Source: Pocillopora damicornis
Lineage: Eukaryota
DNA length: 63,977 nucleotides
Assembly (NCBI RefSeq): GCF_003704095.1
Contig: NW_020845264.1
Coordinates: forward strand, 868,001 to 931,977
Direction of reading: 5' to 3'
In this document: piece by piece, positions 1-12,034 of the stretch
Layout: each line of letters opens with the position of its first letter
Position numbering within the stretch: position 1 is the stretch's first letter
The notes under the pieces: model-generated
What the model was told of the DNA's origin: nothing
What the model saw: the letters and a program-made list of their open reading frames with translations, nothing else
Databases searched by the model: none
Made by a program: the position numbers and the translations under genes

Positions 1-1182
1 CTACAATTGCCACACATGACATAGCACCTTTAGCATTCCCCCTGGAATATGAAGCTTGCCCTCCAAGTGATATCCAGCTGGTGCCTCTGGGAAGACAAGA
101 GGAAATAACTGCTGAACAGCTGATAACAGACCTAAGAGCAGAAGCCATGAGACAAAAACAGAAAACAAAAAGAAATCCTTTTAAAACTGGACTTTTTAAG
201 TATGATTTTATTTCCTGTTATTAACAACAACTCTGAGTTTATCTTTTTAAAAGATGAATGTTGAATCACAAATTTTTTCTGTTTCTTACAGGATGTTATC
301 TATGTAGCTCTATAAACAGGGCTTCTTCAGATATTTGTAACTGATTTTGTTACTATTTTAAAAAGATGACTAAATAGCCTATAGAAATGGATGGGATGGC
401 TACTGAAAGAGGGTTTACTTAACTATTATGCAGCAACATGCTTTTGACTGGCTTGTAAATGCAGTGTACAGTGGCAACCCTCACACTGACATCATCTTTA
501 TCTGTTTCTTGCAATAGGTATCTTACTCTTATTGAAGGAGCAGAGTCATATGCTGTATTAAGAGACTCAAGTAGAACTGTTGTGTCTCTGCCTCCAGTTA
601 CTAACTGTGACAAGAGTAAGGTAAAGACCCCATCAGGTCATACATACAACATTGGTGTACACTTGGTAAAAGTGCCCTCTGTTTGTTTTCTGGTGTGTTG
701 TGTACAGATGATGAGGAGAGGAACCCCATTAGAGTCATTCTTGCTTATCCCATTTTAATCAAATTTTTCAAGGATGTTTGTTTGTATCATTGCTATATGC
801 CATGAGACGTGAACCAATTTCCCAAGATATTGGACTTATTCATAGAAAGTGCAAAGCAAAAGAAAACAATTTTTTTTATTATTATTTGCAGATAACAGGG
901 AAAAAGATTGATGTACTCCTGGAGGTAACATCACCAGTCAGTCTTGAAACTTGCAAGACTGTAATGGACAGTCTAATTAAGATGATGTTGGAAGTTGGTT
1001 TGTTTTCGGAAGCCAACACTTTGGTTGATGATGTAGAATGTGCAACTTCCTTGTCAAACCAAGAGCTTGTTATCGAACAAGTTAGAGTATTAGGCAGTGA
1101 TGGACAACTCAGAGTTGTTTATCCATCAAGAGTTGACCTGCAGTTTGAGTCAGTCAAAGTTATTAGACCAGAAAAAGTTTAG
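1..1182 (+). CDS. LRRC47: LRRC47 (leucine-rich repeat + PheRS-beta B3/4-like domain protein), 3' portion; exons <1-199, 518-620, 892-1182
   Basis: The spliced translation TIATHDIAPL...LVPLGRQEEITAEQL...YLTLIEG...VVSLPPVTNCDKSK|ITGKKIDVLLEVTSPVSLETCKTVMDSLI...LVIEQVRVLGSDGQLRVVYPSRVDL matches the LRRC47 C-terminal motifs (ATLATH, ISFPPITNSEKTK, LEVTS, LVVEQVRV..VVYPS). GT-AG introns are phase-consistent. The 5' part lies outside the window. Confidence 0.9.
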
Positions 1183-1958
1183 GAAACGATTATGTAACAA
1201 GATATGGACATGTAGAAAAGGGTGTTGTCTCATTTGTAGGGGCTGTCTTGGTGTACCGGTACACGGAGGAATTCCTATTGTTTTCATATCCATACATGGA
1301 GTTGTGACGCAGTTCGTTAATGTTTCGTTCCTTTGTGTAACGGTTCACAAGGACACAACCCATTTGTACCACTTACTTTAAACTTTAAATTCAACCATTT
1401 GCCTCAAAGGCAATAATGAATTAGCCCCTTCTCTGTCGGCTTAGTATTAACACCCCCCTTACTGAATCCATTTTTGGTGTAGGTTAGTTTTTCTTAATGA
1501 CCAGTATATGGTTCGGTTTGGTCCTGTAAGGGTAAACCAAGTAGATAAATGTTTTTTTGTAAAGATTGCTTGGGACGGAGATTATTGGAGATGGATTGTA
1601 AACATCAGAAATGACATTAAAGCAGTCGAAAATCATTAAAGGTGGAATATTTTGAGTCTGTGGAGTGACTGTTATCTGCCCTCCTCACCCACTCTCTGAA
1701 ACAGGAGAAATGCTCGTAAATTTCGCCTTAAAAAGATAACGATAACCTAAAAAAAACCCGAAACGGCAATAAACCAGTCTTGCGCGTTCTTATCTTTGAT
1801 TCATCCCCAGGCCGCGCACTGGCAAGTCACAGACAGCCATGTTACAAACGTCCGGTAACCAATCAAACGCCGCCAAGTGATTTGCCCTTCTGTTCACTTC
1901 CGTCCCTTCGAAGTAACCGCCACAATCTTGGTAATTTTGCTGAAGAACAGCAAACTCT

Positions 1959-3035
1959 ATGGCGAACCAAAAGAGTTTATTACTAACGTATATTATTTGG
2001 CTCATATGGGGATGGCTCGGTCTGCATCATTTATATCTGGGTCGAGATATCCAAGCATTTATTTGGTGGTCAACAATCGGAGGTGTATTTGGCCTGGGAT
2101 GGTTTCGCGACCTTTGGCGTATTCCAGAATATGTTGACGATGCCAACGAAGAACGGTTTTTCGTCGAAGAACTCAAAAGAAAGATAAAGCTTAGGGGAGA
2201 ACCAGCATTTAGTGTAACCAGATTTTCAGGACAGATGCTTGTAGGATATTTTTACGGCATATTAGTTCGACTAGCGATACCTGAGGAGGCGAAATGGCTT
2301 CCGGCGTTGTTGGTACCTCTTGGGGTCGCCGTTGGTGTTTATCTCGTTGGAAACATTGGTCGAGAGAGGGGAGATTTTAAATATCCTTTGATGGGAGCTT
2401 TTATTGCTAATATAGCTTTGACATATCTTACTGGGGACGAGGCTGGTGCAATGTATGTGGCTCTAGTTGCTGCCATTTTTTTCCAAAACCGCCGCCAGTT
2501 TAGGAAGGAGAAACCGCAGGGCAAGACCTTATGCAAGCGGCTACAGTACTTGGCGATTGGCGGCTTAATTATTTGTTCCCTGTGGGGATCGTTCCTCTAT
2601 TTCAATGCACAAGTCACCACAGAAGATGGAGAAACTGTAAAGTTACGTGACGCTATAAATCACTTCTTCAATTCACCGGTGTGGCTCGAATTCAAGGAAG
2701 TATTTTGGGGTCTTTATGAAGAAGGTCAGAAGAACGGCTGGGACAATTTCTACGACGAGTTTGTTAAAGCGTTGGATCCCAGGGGAGAAAAGAACGCTTA
2801 TCGTGTCCTAGGGCTAACAGAAGATGCAACTCAAGAGGAAATAAAACGAAGATACAAGAAACTTGCAGTAAAGTGGCATCCAGACAAAAATCTAAACAAC
2901 AAAGAAGAAGCCCAACAAAAATTCATGGAAATTCAAGAAGCTTATGAAATTCTTTCGAAACTCAAAACAAAGAGAGCTTCTAAAAACACCAGAACAAGAA
3001 GTGAATTCGATCAACACGGTCATGAAGAATATTAG
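1959..3035 (+). CDS. DNAJC22: DnaJ homolog subfamily C member 22 (TM2 domain + TM helices + C-terminal J domain), intronless, 358 aa
   Basis: N-terminal TM2 motif (WLIWGWLGLHHLYLGRD...GLGWFRDLWRIPEYV), several hydrophobic helices, and a C-terminal J domain with HPD (AYRVLGL...KWHPDKN...FMEIQEAYEIL). Confidence 0.92.
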   Translation: MANQKSLLLTYIIWLIWGWLGLHHLYLGRDIQAFIWWSTIGGVFGLGWFRDLWRIPEYVDDANEERFFVEELKRKIKLRGEPAFSVTRFSGQMLVGYFYGILVRLAIPEEAKWLPALLVPLGVAVGVYLVGNIGRERGDFKYPLMGAFIANIALTYLTGDEAGAMYVALVAAIFFQNRRQFRKEKPQGKTLCKRLQYLAIGGLIICSLWGSFLYFNAQVTTEDGETVKLRDAINHFFNSPVWLEFKEVFWGLYEEGQKNGWDNFYDEFVKALDPRGEKNAYRVLGLTEDATQEEIKRRYKKLAVKWHPDKNLNNKEEAQQKFMEIQEAYEILSKLKTKRASKNTRTRSEFDQHGHEEY

Positions 3036-4604
3036 TAAAAATTAACTTATAGCCAAGTGCAATTTATATTTTAGATAATCCATAGAAACATGACAATGAG
3101 CAACAGGTGGTTAAACTACAAACTATTGATAACAATAATGAGTGGTGATCTGTGATTCTTTTACCACCTGCTAGAAAATCTTACTCCAATACTCCCTATT
3201 TATAAATTATTACTTCTAAAGGTAATTTAAGGTAGCACTTACATACATTTTTTATGCAGGTTATTTATTGCATTTTTATGGTGATGAGCTATACCATAAC
3301 TGACAACACAGAAAAAATGATAGTTTGAGAAAAACAAAGTACACATTTCTAAAGTTACATTTACTACAACCACCAGTAAATAGTGTGAACCATGTTATCC
3401 TATTTCCATGAAATGATGGCTACCATCTTCATTTCATAACTCTGAGTTATTGTGGCAGGTATATTTTTTTTCACTGAATTGAGGAGAGGGTGTTATGTAC
3501 ATAGAGGCTTATCTTTTTCTTTGTTAAAGAGAAATGATAATTCCAACATAAATAATGACCAAGTACTGTAATAAGTGCAGTGCAGATTATTTTCCTTGTA
3601 GCTGTTAAAGTGAAAATGCATGCAGATGTTGTAGACGTTTTTTTGATGTATTTCAACATCATCCAAAAATTTCTGTTAATTTCACTCATAGAAAATATGA
3701 CAGTGGTTTTAGAGATGAATGTTTGGAAAGTCCTAACCCTTGGGCATTGAAAATGTACTAATTTTGTCTGAAGAGGTATGTTCATAGAAATTATATTTAG
3801 GCTTGATCACTAGAGATGAACTAATTCTGTTTACCAAGCAAGGTAGTGAAGATGAATTAACTGTCAAACATTGCCAATTGCAAATGATCAATAGAATTAA
3901 GAGGTTTACAAAGTGTGCTCTTCTTTGGCCAGGCAAAACTTTTTAAACAATCAGAATTAAATCTACTTCAGTCTACACCCTGCAATTTTTAAATAAAGCA
4001 TGTTAAAGTAATGTAGATGAACCTTACATAACATTTCCTTGACTCTGATGATACAAAGTTGGCTCATGAGAACCAGGCTAACACTGGAAGATGTGTAGGA
4101 AGAACCAAAGGCAGTTGTTAGATGATAACTTTGTTTGTTCTGGGCTACAAAACAAGAGCATGGACCAGGCTGCGAAGTGACTGTCTAGAATTTGTGGAAA
4201 ATTATGTCATTGGATGCAAGTCTGAAAAAACTGATTGAAAGCTTTCCATTTTTCAATATATGTTGTAATGGCTAATAGAGTTGAAAGATAACTTTCAAAG
4301 TTGATGGGAAACTAGTGTTGATGTTTATTTTAATCCTTAAAGTGAAAATAACAAGGTTTTGGTGCACCAGTAACATTTTATTGAAGAGTGTGGTTTGTTT
4401 TCCTTAATACATAAAAGAAGTTAGTGACTTTGTGCAGCCCATCACTGAAAAAAAGAATTCTTAAAATCATGAAATTAATTGGGCTAAGTGAAGTTAAATT
4501 AGAAAAAAAGTTAAAACTTTGATAATAAACGAGCAGAACTTAACTCGACAAGTCACTATTTTTGCAGCAATTCAAAGAAAACTAACTTTCCATATGACAG
4601 CATT

Positions 4605-4814
4605 TTAACCCTTTATACTCTTAGAGTGACTAGCATCTAATTTCTCCTCACAATATCACCCATGAATCACATGTTAAGATTGTGCAAAAGGAAATGATTC
4701 ACCAACTAAAGAAGCTCTTGATTGTTACACAAATTCTCCTTGTCAGCACCATACAAAATGCAAGAAGAACTGTTTGGAGAATATGTATACAAATGTTAGG
4801 GTGTAACAGGTTAA
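4605..4814 (-). mobile_element. About 200-bp piggyBac-type MITE (TTAA-CCCT...AGG-TTAA), family A
   Basis: TTAA target duplication and CCCTT/AGGG-type ends. It is the reverse complement of the copy at 7322-7533. Confidence 0.8.
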
Positions 4815-4938
4815 ATAACTTGTTTCAGTCTCTAATGATAATTGAGAACTGGGTGTGACTGGGAGAAATTTGCCCAAAATTATATCAGAAGAGAAGGACT
4901 TTAAATTTCTTTCACTCTGTGAAAAACTGGTATGTTTT

Positions 4939-6825
4939 TTAGTTTACAATATCAACATAAAGCCTGACAAGTTGTTTTGATGCACTTGGCAAATGTGTGA
5001 CTGGACAGCATCCATGTTGATTGAGGTATTTGTGGATACAAGGGTAGCAGAAAACATAACCAGAGGAAGACAATGCTGTAGGATTAGTGCGAACTCTCTT
5101 ACACAGTGGACACTGAGCTGGATGTGGAGGGAGTTGGGCACCATGTTGGGCAGGCTGTAAACAATAACAAAAATGATGAGTACAGTAGAACCCTGCTTAC
5201 TCAAACTCAGTTCACCTCTTCCTACAACAAAAGTGATGAGTACATCAGAACCCCACTAACTCAAACTCATCAAGATAATTTGGGTTTCAATTGAGTTGAT
5301 AACGTAAATTGGCCACTGCAAAGAGATTCTAAGCTGATGTTTCAATTGCTAGCCCTTTATATTTTGCTCTGAAGAAGGGCTAACGCTTGAAACATTAGCT
5401 TGGAAAATCTTTACAGTGGCCAATTTACATCATCAACTCAGTTGATAAAACTCAATGATCTTGTTATACTTCCCCACCAAGTCAGCACCACAGTTTCTCC
5501 AGAAGTTTACCATATCACGCCATTAACTAAAACTCAGTTAACTTGAACCCACCAAAAAAGAGTGAGCACAATAGAGCCCTGCTAACTCCCAAACAGGATA
5601 ACTGAAATACACTACTCCCATTATCTCAAGCCCTGGTAACTCAAAGCATTTTCCTTTCTCTTGAGAGTTTGAGTTGACAGGGCTCTTTGGTAGTTTGAAA
5701 GGTCGGTAATCAGATTTACAGATGTCTCAAGCTACAAAATATTATCGAGTTTTGGGATCATTTGAGTGCCAGGCTAAAAGCTGTAATCATCATGTTTTGT
5801 ACAATCACACAAGCCTCATTTACCTCCTCTCTTTCACCTTGCCAAACACTTTGGCTTCTCTGAGAATAAACTGCCATGCAAATTCAGATATGAACATATC
5901 TCATGAATATCAAACCTTCCTTCTACATAAATACTCCAAATTAAATACCTCTGAGACAACCTACCTTAGGCTGGGTTGGTGGAGAGGGGACTGGTAACTG
6001 CATTACTGATTGAACAGTGCTTCTATTGTCACTTGAATACCACCACTCTATGAATTTAAGTGAAAACACAGCAATAGGAAGACCATTGGCTAACAATGAT
6101 GATAGCAGCCTTGTAACTGAGCATGGAATGGCCAGTATCTGTTTAACCATAGTCTGTCTGTAAGGAACTGTAGGAAGACTTCTCTGCAGATTGTGCACGA
6201 CAATGTCTCGTTGTGTGAATCTTTGTAAAGAGATTCCCACAATATGAAGTAAAGGAGAGTGAACGCCAGAGACTCTAAAGATATACAGCATGTAATAACA
6301 CAAAAAGATCGATTCCCACGCGCAATGCAAGAAGGGATACAAGTAAATAAATATTCTCTTGAGGTGCAGAAAATACAACCGCTTCCTGGCTGGATGGGAG
6401 GACAATGAACCAGTAACATACTCTTCTCTTAATCTTTCAAACAGCTGATCAAGTTTAAGTTTAGCATATGGAAGTACCACTAACATTAATAAAGACAAAT
6501 ATCTCTGCAAACTTGATAGTTTATCATCGGCATTGTTATTAGGGGTTCTGCTAACTCTTTTGAGCCCATAAAAATGTTCAGATATTGAACCTTCAAAGTT
6601 CCTTAAATAGTGACTCTGGAGAATATATTCTAAACATAGGTGAAGTTCGTCTCCGAAACGCCAAATCCAGCCCCATCTGTCAGGATTAGAACTTGCCAGC
6701 ACTTTCAACGCATAAATAACAGCCGGTCTTAGCACTGATGCCATAGATTCTTGGGCGACTATCTCAAATATTGTTGGTTGAGCGTTCAAAGTGCCTTGGT
6801 TCAAATGGGCTGCAAATTCCGCCAT
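4939..6825 (-). CDS. PEX12: Peroxisome assembly protein 12 (Pex2/12 N domain + C-terminal RING); exons 6825-5965, 5154-4939; 358 aa
   Basis: The start MAEFAAHL...PTIFEIVAQE..LRPA, SEHFYGLKR and FSLKFIEWWY motifs are typical of PEX12. A phase-0 intron after QPK leads to exon 2, which encodes the RING CPLCKRVRTNPTALSSSGYVFCYPCI...CPVTHLP...LVRLY. Confidence 0.95.
5290..5515 (+). mobile_element. Penelope-like fragment: long inverted repeat with a degenerate hammerhead core, in the PEX12 intron
   Basis: Arms at about 5292-5357 and 5375-5441 are inverted repeats. GCT-CTGAAGA-agggctaacgctt-GAAA-cATT-AGC at 5366-5399. Same family as 19712-19880. Confidence 0.65.
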
Positions 6826-6909
6826 ATTGAAGTTAGAGCGACTGGGTAACCAGGTGACTTCAAAAGACCGAGTAACCGAGAAGTAACCGAGTGAGTCGAT
6901 GATGTGTTG
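6826..6909. promoter_or_regulatory. 84-bp bidirectional promoter between PEX12 and the RJL-like GTPase, with an RFX X-box-like site and repeated GTAACC half-sites
   Basis: Divergent ATGs at 6825(-) and 6910(+). GTAACCAGGTGAC at 6846-6858. AGTAACCGAG occurs twice (6871-6891). Confidence 0.6.
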
Positions 6910-9900
6910 ATGGAGCGAAAGGCAGGGCACTTGACAAAGTCTGTGCAAGAGATTGCTGGATCTTTGTTCTGGATAAAGGTAAAAATTTCCTTTTAACTTT
7001 TTGTTCTATCTCTGTAATTCTTCAGTCTCATCGAATGGTTTGTGTCGTAGCTGAGCTAGTCTCGGAATTTCAAGTGCAACCAAGATTACTGATATCTCAA
7101 ACGAATTACGGTCGTTCCGCTGACGACCAGTTCGCTTACCTCTCATGAGACATAAGCGAACCGATCATAGGTCGTTTCGTTAACGTTTTATGATAAATTT
7201 TTAATTCCTCGAACCCTTACCGATTTTAGGGTTACTGACTCAACTGAAAATATCTCTTTCTAGCCCTGGTACCCACATTCATTACAGGATCACATTGTTT
7301 ACTAATACAGTCGAACCTGTCTTAACCCTTTACACCCTAGCATCAGTATGCATATTCTCCATACTGCTCTTTATACATTTCCTAAGGTGCTGAAAAGGAG
7401 AATTTGTTTACCAATCAAAAGCTTCTTTCATTGGTGATCATTTCCTTTATTCTCATGACCAAAACGTGTGATTCAGGGGTGATACTGTAGGGAGAAATTT
7501 GATGCTAGTCACTCTTAGGGTTTAAAGGGTTAAGCAGTCAACCAGGGGGAATGACCACTTAATACAGGTTGACCGCTAATGCAGGTTCCACAGAATAGGA
7601 GTATTATATATAAAAACCATAAGAGATGCCATGTTTTGCCATAATTGACCACAAAAGCTTGGTTAAAAAATACTACTTGCTTAGGGTCAGGTGAAGAGAT
7701 AAAGAGATAAAGATGGATTTAATTTCACTTAAAATATTATTCTTAGTTCTATTAGAGTGGTTGTACTTCAAGTGACCATACTATAAAGGTGGAAAACAAT
7801 ACAAACAGGCCATTGGGACTTAGTAAAGGGTGACCACAACCGCTTTATAGAGGTGACTGCTCAATAGAGTGTAAATTACAGTGATAAAGGGGAAGCAATT
7901 GGTGGATTTTGAAAATGTACCACTTAATGCAGGGTGATGGCTTAATACAGAGGTGTTTAATACAGGTTTGACTGTATACATTACTGTTTAGGCAGGAGAT
8001 TAATAGAGAAAACTTTTCTTTACCTGCAACCTGCTTCTGCATGGTTGTATCATTGAAAATATAATTGATGACAGAAAGTAGATTCAATGCCCCACATTTT
8101 GATGAGTGTCACAACAACACTACATCTGGACAATAGGAACAGTAACAATTAAATTCTGTTCGTAGTCCTATGTGAATATCTTCAATTCTCACACATTAGC
8201 TCTGATTTCTTTTAGGTTGTAGGAATAGGAAATGATGGCGTAGGGAAGACCTGCCTTGTCAAGAACTTTTGTGAGAAAAAGGTATATCAACAAGTTTCCT
8301 TGTTTGCAGAAGAACTGCACTAACTTAAACTTCCAGAGAAGACAAAATTGGTTCTTATCCAAGGAAAATCATCTTGTTTGAGTTAGTTGGGGGTTTGAGT
8401 TGACTGACTTGGGTTAATGAGGTTCTGCTGTATATAATCACGTTCTGTAAAACCATTTACAATATATGATAAACTATACATCTTTATAATTTTATTCAGT
8501 TTTCATTTGATGGAAAAACATGTGCACAACAGGAAAAACTACAGACTTTGTGTTCATGAACAGCAGCTTCAAAACTGATCTCAGTAAGAATCCTTTCACT
8601 TCTGTTTCCTCTCTTTAGTTTTCAAAAAGTTACCACCCAACTGTAGGAGTTGATTATGGTGAGTTAAAACTCCTTCTTAACCCAGTCTTTTTGGCTTGTT
8701 TATATATTTATTAATGATATTCAGACAGTGTGGCCCAGTTCAGCTGTATAAACAATAACTAGAATGTCTAGTAAAGGCAGCACATTCTTCTCAATTACTT
8801 CAAGACCCTGAGTGTTGGTCTGCTCTGGGACTTGAATTCTTGATTTGAGCTAGTATGAGCTATATTTCACCAAGCATGGTTGTATCATAATGAGTATATG
8901 ATCTTCATATTTTTTATAATTGTCTAGGCTTCAAGCTGCACAAAGTCAACAACATTGACTGTAAGTAAACCAACTCTATTGTGTTTCTGATATCTCACAG
9001 TGTCAATTACATGAAAATGTATGTCTCTTGGCCAAGTGGTTTTCTGAGCCACATTGCCTCTTGATGGAAATTGGGATGAAAAATCTTTTTCAACACCAAA
9101 GTTGAGTGTATGGGCAAAACCAAAGCAAAAACAATTCATAAGAAAGAAACATAAAACTGATCTTTTGTATTAATGGTTGAGTATAAAGGAAAAAAGTTAG
9201 AGCTTTCCCTCAGTTCTCCTTAAATTCAAAGTTTTATAAATAGCCCAGATTGAAATAATTTGCTGTATCTTAGGGTGCAACCCTTAACCTTCTACACCCT
9301 ATCATCAGTATGCATATTCTCCACACTGTCCTCTAGACATTTACTAAGGTGCTGACCTGGAGAATTTGTTGAACACTAGGAGCCTCTTTAGTTGGATATC
9401 TTTCCTTTATTCTCTTGACCCTAGTGTGTGATTCAGAGGTGATATTGTAAGGAGAAATTAAATACTAGTCACTCTTAGGGTTTAAAGGGTTCAAAGCTTT
9501 CACTTTAAGATTAATGTGATAGAAAGATATTCAGTAGCAGAATATAACTGGAGACAGTAAAATGACCCTTCTGCTTCTATGTGTGCATGTGCTTTGCAAT
9601 GACATAATTTCTTACCAACGACTTCTTTGAATGAAAAAAAGAAAGAACATGATACCACTTTTTAAAATTTTTGCATTATTTAGTATATATATCTTTTAAA
9701 CATGGACTGCTCTTAATAAGTTACCTGTGATCTCTCCTTTTTTCAGACAGAATTAACTTCTGGGATTTTGGAGGTCATACAGATTATGATGAAATTAGAG
9801 TAGAACTGTATGGCCAAACACAGGTTTGTCCATTGTTTCTTAATGGCTTTTTTCTGACCTCAGTTCAAGAAAAATCAATATAAATGTAATTGGTACTAAT

Positions 9901-12034
9901 TTTTAGGCCTGTATTCTGGTGTTTGATGTTACAAACAAGCTGTCGTTTGACTCTCTGGACTATTGGATGCAAGAGTTTATTAGTAATGGAGGCAAACAAG
10001 CAATAGTAGCTGTGGTGGCTAACAAGGTAAACATTGATTCTTATGTACATTTATTATTTATTTATTTGCCATAAAACATTTACTACAATAAACAAGTTAT
10101 CAATCAATAATTACAGGATTATAACTTAATACACTTATATACAAATTTTTCAACAACTAAAAAGGAATTTAGTGACATAGCAAAGAAGCCAAATAGATAC
10201 AGTGGATGGAAAGAACACATATCAGGGGGCAGAAATTTTGATACTAATAGTATTCTATAGATTATGAATTTTTCAAGCAATATCATAAAGCTAGAATATC
10301 TGTGGGTAAGGTGATATCTCTGGACAGGGAGCTCCAAACCATCAGATCTTGGTGAAGGATTGTAAACTAGTGCAGTTTCTGTCATTTTGTGTATTGTATT
10401 TTATTATGAACTTAATGATGAGTAGAGAAGAGAGTATTTAATTTTCTGAAGCTTGCTACAGTTTTATTATGCACTCATTGAGGAATTACTACTCCTCAAG
10501 AGGTGACAGGAGAAAGACTATCTTTTGTATTTTCTCTTTAGTACCTACTGTTTACTGGGCTTTGTGTTTAACACTTTCACACCCAAGATCATTAGTAATT
10601 CTTCTCATTCTTCTTCTTCTTCTGAGAATTTGGCATTAGATCAACTAATAATCCCCTAATTGATATTTTTCCCTTATCCTCAGCACTTTCCTACTTGATA
10701 TTGTAATGTTATTCTGTGGAGAAATTCTGTCTCAGTTAATTATGAGAGTTGACCCATTAACCCCTACAAGTAATTAGTATATAATTTTTCCTTACAACAT
10801 TACCACTGAAGGACACACTGGGTCATAATACTCAAGGAAATGATCACCAACTAAAGAAACTTTCGATTATCAAACAAATTCTCCTCTCAATCTCCTTTGA
10901 AAGTGTAGAGAACAGCATGGAGAATATGCATAGTGTTGTGAGGGTGTAAACATGAGGTCCTTGCAGTGTTCTCATCAGTTACTGAGAGATGTTTGTTTTC
11001 TATCACAGACTGATCTTTCCTCTAAAAGAGTTATAAGTAGCAAAGATGGGCAGAGATGGGCCAAGTCACGTGACTTACGGTTTGTATACATCTCAATTGA
11101 TATTTTATTTTAATTTTTTTTCATGATTGATGAATTACAGATATCTCACATAAGTTACTGAAACAAAAAGTCACATTTTTTTCACCATCTCAGTTTATCA
11201 ACACCATAAAAAAAATTAACCACACAAACCTTTATTTCCTGTTTAAAAAGAAAAAAAAACAGAGACTGTTGTTCAATGCCTTAACATTTGTCCTCTGTTA
11301 AGAAGATTTCATTCATAAATAACTATGATCAAAGCAATTAAAGCTCCCAGTCTCAACTGAAAAACCAAATGTTCACAAAATCAGCTGCAGGTGTGGTTAA
11401 AAATGTCTTTTTTTTTTAAGTTGTAAAAACTTTTTTTACCCACATGGTCAGTTCAGCTGATGCATCCTAGAAATTGGCAGTCAACAAGACTGTTAGTAAT
11501 ATCCTTAATAAAGGGGGTGTGTTTCTATTTTTCCCTCACTCTGACTAATGTTTTATGTTTGAAATGTCAGCTTTAGAAACTCTCAATGTTGGCCAATTTG
11601 TCTTGAATTATAAGCTCAGCTGATAAAACCAAATCATCTTGTATTATTCTGTGTTGATTAACCCTTTAAGTGATGAGCATCTAATTTCTCCCTTTAGTAT
11701 TACCCCTGAATCAAACAAAAAGGTCATGAAAATAAAGGAAATGATGGCAAACTCAAGAGGCTCCTGATTGTTAGACAAATTCTCCTTATTAATATCATAA
11801 AAAATATTTAAAACAGTATGGAGAACTTGCATATTGATGTCAGGGTGTGCAGTATGTAAGGCATTTGGTCAAAGTATGACAATCCTATTTTTCAGGTATT
11901 ATGAAACATCTGCAGCCACAGGCCAAGGTGTTCAGGATATGTTTAGTGGAGTGCTAGCAGCAGTAGCAGAAGGGAAGCTAGTGAAGGCCAAGCCAGTTGT
12001 TAGTGCTGAGCAAAGTTCAAGTAAACATAAATAA
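6910..12034 (+). CDS. RJL-family (DNAJC27/RBJ-like) small GTPase without J domain; exons 6910-6978, 8216-8281, 8619-8658, 8928-8960, 9747-9823, 9907-10026, 11009-11079, 11896-12034; 204 aa
   Basis: Eight GT-AG exons join in frame (615 nt). G1 GNDGVGKT, G2 YHPTVGVDYG, G3 WDFGGH, G4 ANKTD and G5 ETSA are all present. FCEKKF..DYG, the G3 His and GQRWAKS resemble RJL/DNAJC27 (YCEKRF, GIDYG, DMAGH, GRLWAES). There is no C-terminal cysteine. Confidence 0.85.
7306..7976. mobile_element. TA-flanked Tc1/mariner-type non-autonomous element with about 18-bp TIRs; hosts the nested TTAA MITE
   Basis: TA-CAGTCGAACCTGTCTTAA at the left end and TTAATACAGGTTTGACTG-TA at the right end, with internal short repeats (GACCACTTAATACAGG-like). 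Confidence 0.75.
7322..7533 (+). mobile_element. piggyBac-type MITE family A, intact copy
   Basis: TTAACCCTTT...AAAGGGTTAA. Related copies are at about 9284-9493, 10757-10951, 11658-11850, 27011-27221, 34162-34353, 34777-34957, 50711-50920 and 59101-59292. Confidence 0.88.
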
